A stretch of 64,000 nucleotides of DNA, taken from an uncultured Bacilli bacterium. Its GTDB lineage: Bacteria > Bacillota_I > Bacilli_A > RF39 > UBA660. Below are positions 35,501 to 43,510 of this stretch, piece by piece. Under the pieces are notes generated by a model, which made no database searches, was not told the origin of the DNA, and was given only the letters and a program-made list of their open reading frames with translations. Within the stretch, counting starts at the first letter, position 1, and each line of letters starts with the position of its first letter. A program made the position numbers and the translations under genes. The DNA is taken from assembly GCA_947629235.1 (NCBI GenBank), contig CANRCX010000001.1, positions 46,374 to 110,373 of the forward strand, in the 5' to 3' direction.

Positions 35501-37206
35501 TTAAAAATATATATGAATTTAAACAAAAATTTTCATCATTGTTAAGTCAATGGGAAAGTTCTTTAACGGCTAGAGAAATAAGTTTAATTGAGAATTATAC
35601 AGGTAATAATGAAATGGAATTTGGAAATTATGCAACTGTAAATAGCATATTGAGAGGAATCTTTTTCAATTCACAAGATGGTAAAATTCACATTAAAAGA
35701 ATTGGTGGAGATGAAGATTCATATACTTTTTCAGAATTTGCTTATATGGTAAGGAGTAAATACTCTTCTGCAGCAAATCTTAGTGATGCAGATGCAATAA
35801 AGTTTTTTGTGAGAGGCCAAATACAAGCTATAAATGATTTATCTAATGCAATAAGTAAATTTGAACTTCCAGAAGATATATTATTGGAAAGACGCATTGG
35901 TGGTAGTTCATTAGTTAAACTCTTTAATATTGATATAAATAATGATTCTGTTGAGGATGTTGTAAGAAAAATAAATGATGGTGGTTATTTTAGAGATAAT
36001 GGTTTTATGAGTACTTCAGCCGGTAAATCTCCAGGATATGGAAATGTTGTACTAAAGCTTGGATGTAAAGCTGGTATGTCTGCAGTTGATATCACAGGAA
36101 ATAGTAAATATTCAGTTGGAGAAAATGAAGTCCTTGTAAACATTGGTACAACATTTAGAGCGGTAAATGCAGAAAGAGTAAATGGAAGATTAGTTATTTA
36201 TTTAGAAAGTATTCCAGCTAATAATATTCAAGTTGATAGTATGGATAGCTTAAAAACATTTATTTCTGATAATATAAATGCTTCACCAAATTCAATAGCT
36301 AAAACAATTAATAATTATTTTGAACAACAAATGAAAAATAATGCATCTAATTCATACTTAAAACAAAGCCTTTATTATGATTTATTAGAAATATCTGGTA
36401 TGCCTGGAATTGATCAAACAACTATGTCAGAAATATTATCTTCAGTAATTTCAAATAATAAAGAAATGAGATCAATAATATATGAAATGGCACAAGAAGA
36501 AATAAAGCAAAGTTTTAAAGATACATTAGATATACAAAATGATGCTGATATAAAAACATTAACAGATTTTATATTAGGAGAATCTTTTGTAGAAAATGGT
36601 GTTGGTAATCAAAATTGGGATGGATTTTTTAACTTTATATATGATAAAGTTAAAGAATCAGTTGCTAAATCTGCAAAAAATAAAGAAGCAATATTATGGA
36701 GTAAGCTTCCAACAATAGCATTAAATCAAATGTATTCTACAATTGAAAATACTACACTTGGAGATACTATGTACTTTTTAGATTTAGTTTATTCAAATTG
36801 GAATAGTCAATTTAGCACTTTACCACCATTAGAAGAATTCTGGGGTAAAATGTCTAAATTATATGCAGAAGCATGTTCTAATTTAAAAGATGAAAATGGA
36901 AATCCAATAACAAAATTAAAATATATTTATCCAGGTCAAGATGCTATAGGTGAGTTATTTAAAAAAGAAGAATTACCTACATTGTTAGAAAAAGGAGTAA
37001 TAAAAACATTGGAAGTTGTTAAAGCTAATGTAGATGAAACAAATCCAGATTTACCTAAACTAACAAATGAAAAAACAATAGAAATAGATTTAACAGAATT
37101 AAGCAATTTCTATAGAAAGAATCTTAATAAAGGTGTTTCAAAAGATATTTTAATTGAAAAAGTTTATTCAAAATTCATTGAATTATTACATAAGGGAGGT
37201 TTATAA
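29590..37206 (+). CDS. Giant modular protein with C-terminal ADP-ribosyltransferase (iota/VIP2/C2-type, R-S-ExE) toxin domain
   Basis: 2538 aa. N-terminal CxxC…CxxC zinc ribbon (CINCGK…CPYCGR) then a TM helix (KLKKAIVGGLATTAFAASAGSLYAA). A D/N/S-rich linker, then a long helical region. A hydrophobic Gly-rich segment (aa ~1000-1150). Three ~116-aa tandem repeats, then TDHQD acidic repeats and a PPVPP motif. In the C-terminus the ART motifs read LLERRIGG (Arg, nt 35888-35893), FMSTSAG (STS, nt 36004-36024) and GENEVLV (ExE, nt 36118-36138). Confidence 0.8.
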   Translation: MRCINCGKEIDVSYGMVMCPYCGRILDDKIDKTDYENAYNEFSNEREELKKNNKDNDKPITNEFNKMDDNTKLKKAIVGGLATTAFAASAGSLYAANKNINKSNKENKNKTFPDDNINNVVINDNDEIEENADNILDDDLFDSNDVTNEEDNIIVDNNENLDTNNSSQAAKDNGIDYNPNATPSKPKKSTSKKVTSKSNNNKNSTTTSKDENSNDNNLNNEDQIITDENISENEQDSSSEETEDDIFKNPNEDDDTSNNEPDIDSDKSDENITDNEESNIDTSEEGFENLSPYPATTISNNTNYTNDSSYNSSSFSVDYFHLENAISLINNANDSFSNIVSLTSDINTDGLNLQTSVASANATIEKCFGNASGSKVGVSAGTASQLNKLRSDLQKMDPDYDFNYDYYKYMNLGYLSEQEGWNSDEFKKQESSLESSLRSEIGERKKEYEGNTKKIEFLDQVIESIDIQNEAFENYYKNLVDIETFTAVNQYVSDRMNDSTIPANSTYEKYIDEKVQELKDLNAENEKKYNELEKAKQKNKNDINTKNGTENTSSEEELTVSKYSDGTYAYLDEQSLQLLQYYTNYKYLNACNESNSISSIQSQISSLETKLKMNQDSLNSGIVYENGYPTVMSNDEKTELENINKKLSQEKDDLNNRINQINESFESILKDYYDANAESIYRIPEINRKPEQKDFLLSRDSYVATLQQKDLRNEIQEYQQYIEDIQEEIDSLSEKAAGAYATNVSYNSSEYSGINYYANYKAALKYGYGLEYLDEKEQARYKFLLETVSSLEEKSAIALDANNKLEELKQQLIMQRSDYSKYSNFNNIKVENGFFGGLVFRDATTNEKLDLSKEEQAVILAMKGSNSTNGTVNEYINYLKNGSENLSYDALGVIAYNMNKSKEFEGYDSNFASSFDYLYDQGARILGKQMADEFTTRLDNCPDIFDWVLVADEALEDGLTGFFRGFKNIFCADGRADARDYKPMFITDYINNSDQYCGLYKTILTSEYEITNSIGNMLPSMLVTLIPVVGPAVGLISLGVSAAGNAREQGLQQGMSQASAWMYGVLSGASEALLEKFLGGIPGLSDMSNVVGVHGLARIFKAGCSEAREEMLQEFLDPIFKFVSTGGEIRENISVENILKAGIYAFITAGILNGGNVAFEGVSYRLTGDYLALGTLASLNTNSDLSIKENIKNFLRDLNEFQNRDIKSLEESLMENEEVKAAYEAAKAGKGDLAFNDFVSRIVVEQVVSENNALSQELSEEIKQKTKDLQDLRNKNIDGRYNEDISKLESEINDLTEQRKSIYDNDMTIQDSIERAKEKAVQNIDDLIRRNNKHLAKDLSEVSAENLIEYLNNTEITAEKIKVLFDNISEEKINKILEEKPELKALLEENSTESTDASVINHELIDKFKATKNYAEKIELIEQMSSEEIVQLLKEDSQAKLVLGKIKDNAKLADVINKSNSEVLNSIFGPPLNEYSDTTTQLKETLKAKLKGQALFEGTINKLRELGIEIEESEEQIETSDDTTAEPTSEIVDHHDATTEESESKTLPKSDNSTESTDASVISHELIDKFKATKNYAEKIELIEQMSSEEIVQLLKEDSQAKLVLGKIKDNAKLADVINKSNSEVLNSIFGTQLNEYSDTTTQLKETLKEKLKGQTLFEGTINKLRELGIEIEESEKTSHELIDKFKATKNYAEKIELIEQMSSEEIVQLLKEDSQAKLVLGKIKDNAKLADVINKSNSEVLNSIFATQLNEHSDATTQLKETLKAKLKGQTLFEGTINKLRELGIEIEESEKQVEIAHDITTEQTSEIVDHQDTTTDKAAEETDHQDTTTDKAAEETDHQDATIKPTPEETDHQDATIEPTPDEAGQQDATIEPTPDEAEQHDTIIEPTIEDAGQHDALTDATAKVDEAHDVVTDAAEQVKEAENLVDSSSENNQASVPPVPPIVDIDSNANQSPIKMEISEFLAKYKGFKNIYEFKQKFSSLLSQWESSLTAREISLIENYTGNNEMEFGNYATVNSILRGIFFNSQDGKIHIKRIGGDEDSYTFSEFAYMVRSKYSSAANLSDADAIKFFVRGQIQAINDLSNAISKFELPEDILLERRIGGSSLVKLFNIDINNDSVEDVVRKINDGGYFRDNGFMSTSAGKSPGYGNVVLKLGCKAGMSAVDITGNSKYSVGENEVLVNIGTTFRAVNAERVNGRLVIYLESIPANNIQVDSMDSLKTFISDNINASPNSIAKTINNYFEQQMKNNASNSYLKQSLYYDLLEISGMPGIDQTTMSEILSSVISNNKEMRSIIYEMAQEEIKQSFKDTLDIQNDADIKTLTDFILGESFVENGVGNQNWDGFFNFIYDKVKESVAKSAKNKEAILWSKLPTIALNQMYSTIENTTLGDTMYFLDLVYSNWNSQFSTLPPLEEFWGKMSKLYAEACSNLKDENGNPITKLKYIYPGQDAIGELFKKEELPTLLEKGVIKTLEVVKANVDETNPDLPKLTNEKTIEIDLTELSNFYRKNLNKGVSKDILIEKVYSKFIELLHKGGL
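33760..34966 (+). repeat. Three near-identical in-frame tandem repeats (~348-nt core; ~116 aa) inside the toxin gene
   Basis: Units begin ~33760, ~34246 and ~34621 and each ends in GAAGAAAGTGAA. Their protein sequence (SHELIDKFKATKNYAEKIELIEQMSSEEIVQLLKEDSQAKLVLGKIKDNAKLADVINKSNSEVLNSIF…KGQTLFEGTINKLRELGIEIEESE) is nearly identical at nt level. Confidence 0.9.
35020..35290 (+). repeat. Short degenerate acidic tandem repeats (DHQDTTTDKAAEET / DHQDATIEPTPDEA)
   Basis: A 42-nt unit gatcatcaagatacaacaactgataaagcagcagaagaaaca is repeated exactly twice, followed by 3-4 diverged copies. Confidence 0.8.
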
Positions 37207-37207
37207 T

Positions 37208-37711
37208 ATGAATGCATTAACACAAATTAACACAGATTTATATGATAAGAGATTAGATATAAAATTCAATCCAGATTTATTAAATGAACTTGATTATGAT
37301 AGTAGGCATAAAGTGGAAAAAACTTTATTATCTTATTGTAAGCAAGGAATTGAAACATCATTTAAATATCTACAATATTTTAATACAATTAGTGAAGAAG
37401 ATATGATAACAGAAGAAGATATTTCAAAACTTTCATTACCATATCAGGTGGAAATTTATAGATTCTTATTTTTAAAAAGTAAAAATTTGGATATATTAAA
37501 TAAATTAATTAATTTATCTATGAATTCTTATAACGCTTTTTACCAGTTGTTAATGATATATAATTCTGATATAATAACTGATGAAGAAAAGGAAAAAATA
37601 AAATTAGCAATAGATAAGTCATTTGAAAATAATAAAACAGATATAAATTATAAATTTTTGATTGATAATTATATAGATGGTTATGATAATGATGATATAA
37701 AATTGTTATAA
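37208..37711 (+). CDS. Small helical protein immediately 3' of ART toxin; candidate immunity protein
   Basis: ~167 aa from ATG 37208 (GGGAGG RBS 9 nt upstream). The ORF-track start at 37154 overlaps the toxin 3' end and lacks an RBS. No recognisable family. Position is typical of a cognate immunity gene. Confidence 0.5.
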   Translation: MNALTQINTDLYDKRLDIKFNPDLLNELDYDSRHKVEKTLLSYCKQGIETSFKYLQYFNTISEEDMITEEDISKLSLPYQVEIYRFLFLKSKNLDILNKLINLSMNSYNAFYQLLMIYNSDIITDEEKEKIKLAIDKSFENNKTDINYKFLIDNYIDGYDNDDIKLL

Positions 37712-37730
37712 TATTAGGAGGATTTTAAAT

Positions 37731-37946
37731 ATGGAAAATAAGTATAGTAAATTTAAAAGTGATGAAGAAAATGAATTTACTACTGGTAATAAACGTGGTA
37801 GTTTAACACAAGAACAAATAAGAGAAGAATTGGAACAAAAATTACAGTCACAATTAAAAATGATTGATGACTGGGTTGCATCATCTTCAAGTCAAGAAGC
37901 AGATGAAGAACAAGAGCAAGAAAGAGAAGAAGGACTGCATAGATAA
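37731..37946 (+). CDS. Small acidic hypothetical protein
   Basis: 71 aa. Strong AGGAGG RBS. C-terminus is highly acidic (EADEEQEQEREE). The stop abuts the start of the ADP-ribosylglycohydrolase gene. Confidence 0.35.
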   Translation: MENKYSKFKSDEENEFTTGNKRGSLTQEQIREELEQKLQSQLKMIDDWVASSSSQEADEEQEQEREEGLHR

Positions 37947-37947
37947 T

Positions 37948-38910
37948 ATGAATAATATTATAAAAAATGGTTTATATGGTTTTGCTATTGGTGATGCAAT
38001 GGGTGTACCAATTGAATTCACACCTAGAGTTAGCGATGAATCAAAAAAATTAAAAGAAATGGTAGGATATGGATCACATCATGTTCCAGAGGGAACTTGG
38101 TCAGATGATACTTCAATGACAATTGCTACTATGGATTCTATACAAGAATGTAAAGGAATTGATTATTATGATATAATGGATAAATTTACAAATTGGTATA
38201 ATAATGCATTGTATACTGCAACTGATAGAGTCTTTGATATTGGAAATACTACACGTTTGGCAATAGATAAATATAGTAGATTATCAATGAATCCACTTCA
38301 ATGTGGTGGAAAAAATGAAAGAGACAATGGTAATGGTTCACTAATGAGAATGCTTCCTATTGCAATATATTTATTTTATAATAATTTAAGTGAACAAGAA
38401 GAAATGGAAATAGTAAAAAACATTTCTTCTCTAACTCATGCCCATGATATTAGTATATTAGGATGTAAAATATATGTAGATTTTATTAAAGAAATTCTTT
38501 CTGGAAAATCAAAAGAAGATGCATATAATAGTTTATCCAAAAATAATTATAATGTTTATTTTGATAATAATACAATTGAAAAATATGATTCTATATTAAA
38601 TGGTAATTTGAAAAATAAATCAATAGATGAAATAAGATCATCTGGTTATGTAGTTAATACACTAGAAGCATGTTTGTGGTGTACGTTAAATACAAAAAAT
38701 TATGAAGAGAGTATAATAGAAGCAATTAATTTAGGAAAAGATACTGATACAGTAGGTGCAATTACAGGATCTTTAACTGGATTAATATATGGATATGATA
38801 ATATACCACAAAGATGGCTATCAAAATTAAGAAAAAAAGAATATTTAGATGAACTAATTGATAAGTTTAATAATTATTTAAATAATGAAAATGTTAAAGT
38901 TAGAGGATAA
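37948..38910 (+). CDS. ADP-ribosylglycohydrolase (DraG/ARH family)
   Basis: ~320 aa from ATG 37948. N-terminal GLYGFAIGDAMGVPIEF matches the ARH family metal-binding region. C-terminal …KDTDTVGAITGSLTGLIYG is the conserved second Asp cluster. The ORF-track start at 37864 is an in-frame 5' extension. Confidence 0.8.
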   Translation: MNNIIKNGLYGFAIGDAMGVPIEFTPRVSDESKKLKEMVGYGSHHVPEGTWSDDTSMTIATMDSIQECKGIDYYDIMDKFTNWYNNALYTATDRVFDIGNTTRLAIDKYSRLSMNPLQCGGKNERDNGNGSLMRMLPIAIYLFYNNLSEQEEMEIVKNISSLTHAHDISILGCKIYVDFIKEILSGKSKEDAYNSLSKNNYNVYFDNNTIEKYDSILNGNLKNKSIDEIRSSGYVVNTLEACLWCTLNTKNYEESIIEAINLGKDTDTVGAITGSLTGLIYGYDNIPQRWLSKLRKKEYLDELIDKFNNYLNNENVKVRG

Positions 38911-38912
38911 TT

Positions 38913-39422
38913 ATGATAAATATTGTTTTATATGAACCAGAAATACCAGCTAATACTGGAAATATTATGAGAACTTGTGTTGCGACTAATTCAAGACTAC
39001 ATTTAATTAAACCACTAGGTTTTAGTTTAGAAGATAAATATATTAAAAGATGTGGTGTTAATTATATTGATAAATGTGTTTATACTGTTTATGAAAATAT
39101 AGATGAATTCTTTGAAAAGAATAAAGGTGAATACTATTTTTTAACAAGGTATGGACATAAACCACATACTAGTTTTGATTATAGTGATAAAGATAAAAAT
39201 TATTATTTCTTTTTTGGAAAAGAAAGTACAGGTATTCCACCTAAAATATTAAAACCATATATAGATAGATGTATGAGAATGCCTATGACTGATAATGTAA
39301 GAGCACTTAATGTTTCAAATACTGTTGCTATTATGGTATATGAAGCATTAAGGCAACAAGATTATCCTGGTTTATTATTTGATGAACCACATAAAAGTAA
39401 AAATTTTATAGAAGAGAGTTAA
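38913..39422 (+). CDS. trmL: tRNA (cytidine/uridine-2'-O)-methyltransferase TrmL (SpoU/TrmH family)
   Basis: 169 aa. MINIVLYEPEIPANTGNIMRTCVATN…LHLIKPLGF is the TrmL/YibK signature. Confidence 0.75.
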   Translation: MINIVLYEPEIPANTGNIMRTCVATNSRLHLIKPLGFSLEDKYIKRCGVNYIDKCVYTVYENIDEFFEKNKGEYYFLTRYGHKPHTSFDYSDKDKNYYFFFGKESTGIPPKILKPYIDRCMRMPMTDNVRALNVSNTVAIMVYEALRQQDYPGLLFDEPHKSKNFIEES

Positions 39423-39510
39423 ATACTAGTATATGACTAGTATTTTTTTTAATTTTGTGTTAAAATGTTTAATAGCATTTGAACTTTTTATTTTGAAGGA
39501 GATGAATATT

Positions 39511-41163
39511 ATGAGCAAAATTAATATAATGAGTTTAGGTGGATTAAATGAAAATGGTAAAAATTTATATACAGTTAGTATAGATGGTAAAATACTAATA
39601 TTTGATTGTGGAATGAAATATGCTCCAGATAAAATGTATGGAGTTGATTATGTTATTCCTAATATTTCATATTTAATTGAACATCAAAAAGATATAGTAG
39701 GTTTATTTGTGACACATCCACATCATGAAAATATGGGAGCTATTACAGATATTTTAACATCACTTCCAAATTTACATGTATATGCATCAAACTATACAAG
39801 TAAAATAATTGAATATAAGTGTGAAGAAGATAATGTTAAAATTAAAAATTTACATGTTATAAATGCACATAAAAAACTTGATTTTAAAACATTTAGTGTG
39901 TTTCCATTTAGTGTAACTCATAGTAGTCCTGAAACATTAGGATACTCTATAAATACTGATGATGGAGCTATTATATACATGGCTGATTTTGTAATTGATC
40001 CAACTATGAATGGTTTTTATGATATGGATTTAGGAAAACTTGCATATATTGGTAAACAAGGTGTTTTATGTTTAATGGCAGAAAGTGTATTTGCAGAAAA
40101 GAAAGGACATACAAGTCCTAATCATAAATTAGAAAGTTTCTTTAAAAAAGTAGTAGAAAGAAATAAAAATAGAATTATGTTTACAGTTCTTCCATTACAT
40201 ATTTATACTATTCAAGAAATATTTAATTCTCTAAAGGGTAAAAATAGAAAAGTAGTAATTATGGGAAAAGAACTTCATACAATAGTATCTTTATGTATTA
40301 AAAACGGATACTTAAATGTAGATGAAGATATGCTTGGTAATTTAACTGATTTAAAAATAGAAAATACAGTTATATTAATTAGTAATGATAGAGAAGCACC
40401 ATATTCAAATATTAATAGAATATTAAGTGGACATGATAAATTTATTACTCTTCAAAAAGGAGATACTATATGTTTTGCAGAACCTAGTTATGATGCTTAT
40501 GAGAAAGTACTTGTAAAGCTTATGAATGAGTTATCTATAAAAGGAGTTAATATAGAATCAATTCCAAAAGAAAATAGTGTTAGACATCATGCATCTAGTG
40601 AAGACTTAATGTTATTAATTAAACTTTTTAATCCAAAATACTATATGCCTATTAAAGGAGAATATAGATATCAAGTAGAAAATGGAAATCTTGCATATAA
40701 AGTAGGAGTACCAAAAGAAAATATTATATTAAAAGAAAATGGTGATATTGTTACATTTGAAAATGGTAAATTAATAGAAAATTATGATAGAGTGTTTGTA
40801 GATGATATATTAATTGATGGTAAGAGTAGTGAAGATGTAGGAGATGTAGTACTTAAAGATAGAGAACTTTTAAGTAGTAATGGTCTTGTATTAATATCAG
40901 CTACATTATCTAAAAAAGAAAAAAAATTACTTGTAGGACCAGAAATAGTTACAAGAGGATTTATATATGCTAAAGACAATATGGATATAATTGCTGAAAT
41001 AAGAAATATAAGTAATGAAGTAATAAAAGAAAATACTCATAATAAATATGCAGATTATGTAAAAATAAGAAATGATATTCGTGAAAAAGTAGGAACATAT
41101 TTATATAAAGCTACTGAATGTAAACCAGTAATACTTACAGTTATTCAAGAAATAGAGGTGTAA
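39511..41163 (+). CDS. rnj: Ribonuclease J
   Basis: Metallo-beta-lactamase HxHxDH motif (VTHPHHENMGA), a beta-CASP domain and an RNase J C-terminal domain. ATG 39511 follows a GGAG RBS. The ORF-track start at 39433 is upstream. Confidence 0.85.
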   Translation: MSKINIMSLGGLNENGKNLYTVSIDGKILIFDCGMKYAPDKMYGVDYVIPNISYLIEHQKDIVGLFVTHPHHENMGAITDILTSLPNLHVYASNYTSKIIEYKCEEDNVKIKNLHVINAHKKLDFKTFSVFPFSVTHSSPETLGYSINTDDGAIIYMADFVIDPTMNGFYDMDLGKLAYIGKQGVLCLMAESVFAEKKGHTSPNHKLESFFKKVVERNKNRIMFTVLPLHIYTIQEIFNSLKGKNRKVVIMGKELHTIVSLCIKNGYLNVDEDMLGNLTDLKIENTVILISNDREAPYSNINRILSGHDKFITLQKGDTICFAEPSYDAYEKVLVKLMNELSIKGVNIESIPKENSVRHHASSEDLMLLIKLFNPKYYMPIKGEYRYQVENGNLAYKVGVPKENIILKENGDIVTFENGKLIENYDRVFVDDILIDGKSSEDVGDVVLKDRELLSSNGLVLISATLSKKEKKLLVGPEIVTRGFIYAKDNMDIIAEIRNISNEVIKENTHNKYADYVKIRNDIREKVGTYLYKATECKPVILTVIQEIEV

Positions 41164-41165
41164 AA

Positions 41166-42290
41166 ATGATATATTTAGATTATAGTGCAACAACTCCAGT
41201 TGATGAAAGAGTACTTGATTCTTATTGCAAAACTACAAGAGAGTTTATAGGAAATGCAAATTCAATACATACTCTTGGTAGTAAGTCAAAAGAATTATTA
41301 ATGCAAGCAACTAATCAAATAGCAAGTATATTAAATTGTCATCCAAAAGAATTAATATTTACAAGTGGAGCTAGTGAAAGCAATACTACTGCTATTAAAG
41401 GGGTAGCATTTAAATATTCAAAATTTGGAAAACATATAATCACTTCTAAATTAGAACATAAAAGTGTACTTGAAGTTATGGGATACTTAAGTAATATTGG
41501 ATTTGAAGTTGATTTTGTAAATATTCTTCCAAATGGACAAATAGATTTAAAAAATTTAGAAGAATTAATTAGAAAAGATACAATACTTATAAGTATATGT
41601 GCTGTTAATAGTGAAACAGGATATAAACAACCACTTAAAACTATTAGACAAGTTATTAACAAGAAAAATCCAAATGTAATATTTCATAGTGATTTAACAC
41701 AAGCACTTGGTAAAACTAGATTTTATTTAAATGATTTAGATTTAGCATCATTCTCAGCTCATAAAATATATGCACCAAAAGGTATTGGAATTTTATATAA
41801 GAAAAGAGATTTACAAATTGATACATTAATATATGGAACAACAGAAAATTGTCCATTTAGAGGTGGAACACCACCACTTCCACTAGTAGTAGCATTTGCA
41901 AAAGCAATGAGACTTATTAGTGATAAATTAGAAACTAATATTAAAAAATGTGAAAAATTAAAAGCTGAATTATTAAAAGGACTTTCAAAATATCCTATAC
42001 AAATTAATTCAAATGAATTATGTGTTCCACAAATTGTTAACTTTAGTTTACTTAAAATTAAATCAGAAACATTTGTACATGCTCTTGAAAAATATGAAGT
42101 TTACGTATCAACTACAACAGCATGTTCTAGTTTAGAAGAAAGTACAGTATTAAAAGCAATATCAAATGGTAATAAAGATGTATCTACAACATCTATTAGA
42201 GTTAGTTTATCTCACTTAACTACTATGAGTGAAATACAAGACTTTTTAGAAATATTTGATAAAGTATGGAATGAGTTATTATTAAAATGA
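41166..42290 (+). CDS. Cysteine desulfurase (NifS/IscS/NifZ-like, class V aminotransferase)
   Basis: 374 aa. PLP-lysine region SFSAHKIYAPKGIGILY. Paired with thiI, as with B. subtilis nifZ-thiI. Confidence 0.85.
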   Translation: MIYLDYSATTPVDERVLDSYCKTTREFIGNANSIHTLGSKSKELLMQATNQIASILNCHPKELIFTSGASESNTTAIKGVAFKYSKFGKHIITSKLEHKSVLEVMGYLSNIGFEVDFVNILPNGQIDLKNLEELIRKDTILISICAVNSETGYKQPLKTIRQVINKKNPNVIFHSDLTQALGKTRFYLNDLDLASFSAHKIYAPKGIGILYKKRDLQIDTLIYGTTENCPFRGGTPPLPLVVAFAKAMRLISDKLETNIKKCEKLKAELLKGLSKYPIQINSNELCVPQIVNFSLLKIKSETFVHALEKYEVYVSTTTACSSLEESTVLKAISNGNKDVSTTSIRVSLSHLTTMSEIQDFLEIFDKVWNELLLK

Positions 42291-43462
42291 AACAAGTTAT
42301 ATTAATAAAATATGGTGAGTTAACAACTAAAAAAGATAATAGAAATTTCTTTATTAGAACACTTAAGAAAAATATTTTAAATAAACTTTCTAATTTTAAA
42401 TTTGATATAGTAGACGATTATTATAGAATGTTTATAATACCTAGTAATGATGATATTGATTTAATTGTAGATAATCTTAAAAATATATTTGGTATTCATG
42501 CAATTGTAATTGCTTTAATGAGTGAAGATAAAAGTGAAAATAATATTAAAGAAATCTCACTTAATATGATGAGAGAGTTAAACTATAATACTTTTAAAGT
42601 TGAAACTAAAAGAAGTGATAAATCATATCCTATAAAATCTATGGATATGAATAATATAGTAGGTTCACATATTCTTAAAAATACAAATTATAAAGTAGAT
42701 GTACATAACCCCGAAGTTTTATTAAATGTAGAAATAAGAAGAGAAGCAGTATACATTTATAATAGTAGTATTCCAGGTCTTGGTGGTTATCCTGTTGGTA
42801 CACTTGGAAGGGCTTTATTAATGTTAAGTGGTGGGATTGATTCACCAGTTGCTGGATACTTAACTATTAAAAGAGGAGTAGAACTTTATTATTTATATTT
42901 TGAAAGTAGACCACATACTAGTATTGAAGCAAGAAATAAAGTAATAAGTCTTGCAAGAAAACTAGAAAAATATAATTCAAATGGTAAATTATTAGTAGTT
43001 AATTTTACTAAAATACAAGAAGCAATATATAAGAATTTAGATCCTTCATATTTAATAACAATAATGAGAAGAAAAATGTATACAATAGCTGAAAAATTAG
43101 CTAAAAGATATAATTGTCTTGCTATTGTTAATGGAGAAAGTATAGGACAAGTTGCAAGTCAAACATTAAGTAGTATTTTATCAGTAAATGATGTTACTAA
43201 TTATCCAATATTAAGACCACTTTGTTCTTTTGATAAATTAGATATAATAGAAATATCTAAAAAAATAGATACATATGAAATATCAATACTTCCATATGAA
43301 GATTGCTGTACTGTATTTGTACCAAAACATCCAGTTATTAATCCAGAATTAAAGCATATTTATGAAGAAGAGAGTAAATTTGATTTTGAACCATTAATAG
43401 AAGAAGCAGTAAAAAATGTAGAAATAGTTGATTTAAAAGAAAAAATAAGTGATTTATTATAA
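42287..43462 (+). CDS. thiI: tRNA 4-thiouridine synthase ThiI
   Basis: THUMP-like N-terminus. PP-loop SGGIDSPVA. Overlaps the desulfurase stop codon. Confidence 0.85.
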   Translation: MKQVILIKYGELTTKKDNRNFFIRTLKKNILNKLSNFKFDIVDDYYRMFIIPSNDDIDLIVDNLKNIFGIHAIVIALMSEDKSENNIKEISLNMMRELNYNTFKVETKRSDKSYPIKSMDMNNIVGSHILKNTNYKVDVHNPEVLLNVEIRREAVYIYNSSIPGLGGYPVGTLGRALLMLSGGIDSPVAGYLTIKRGVELYYLYFESRPHTSIEARNKVISLARKLEKYNSNGKLLVVNFTKIQEAIYKNLDPSYLITIMRRKMYTIAEKLAKRYNCLAIVNGESIGQVASQTLSSILSVNDVTNYPILRPLCSFDKLDIIEISKKIDTYEISILPYEDCCTVFVPKHPVINPELKHIYEEESKFDFEPLIEEAVKNVEIVDLKEKISDLL

Positions 43463-43510
43463 AAATTGTGATATTCTTTTTATATAAGACATAGTAAAAG
43501 AGGAATGTGT

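Noticed and set aside
37154-37207. Extension of the immunity candidate start to 37154, overlapping the toxin 3' end
   Set aside because: No RBS. GGGAGG-N9-ATG at 37208 is far better. The overlap frame is likely fortuitous.
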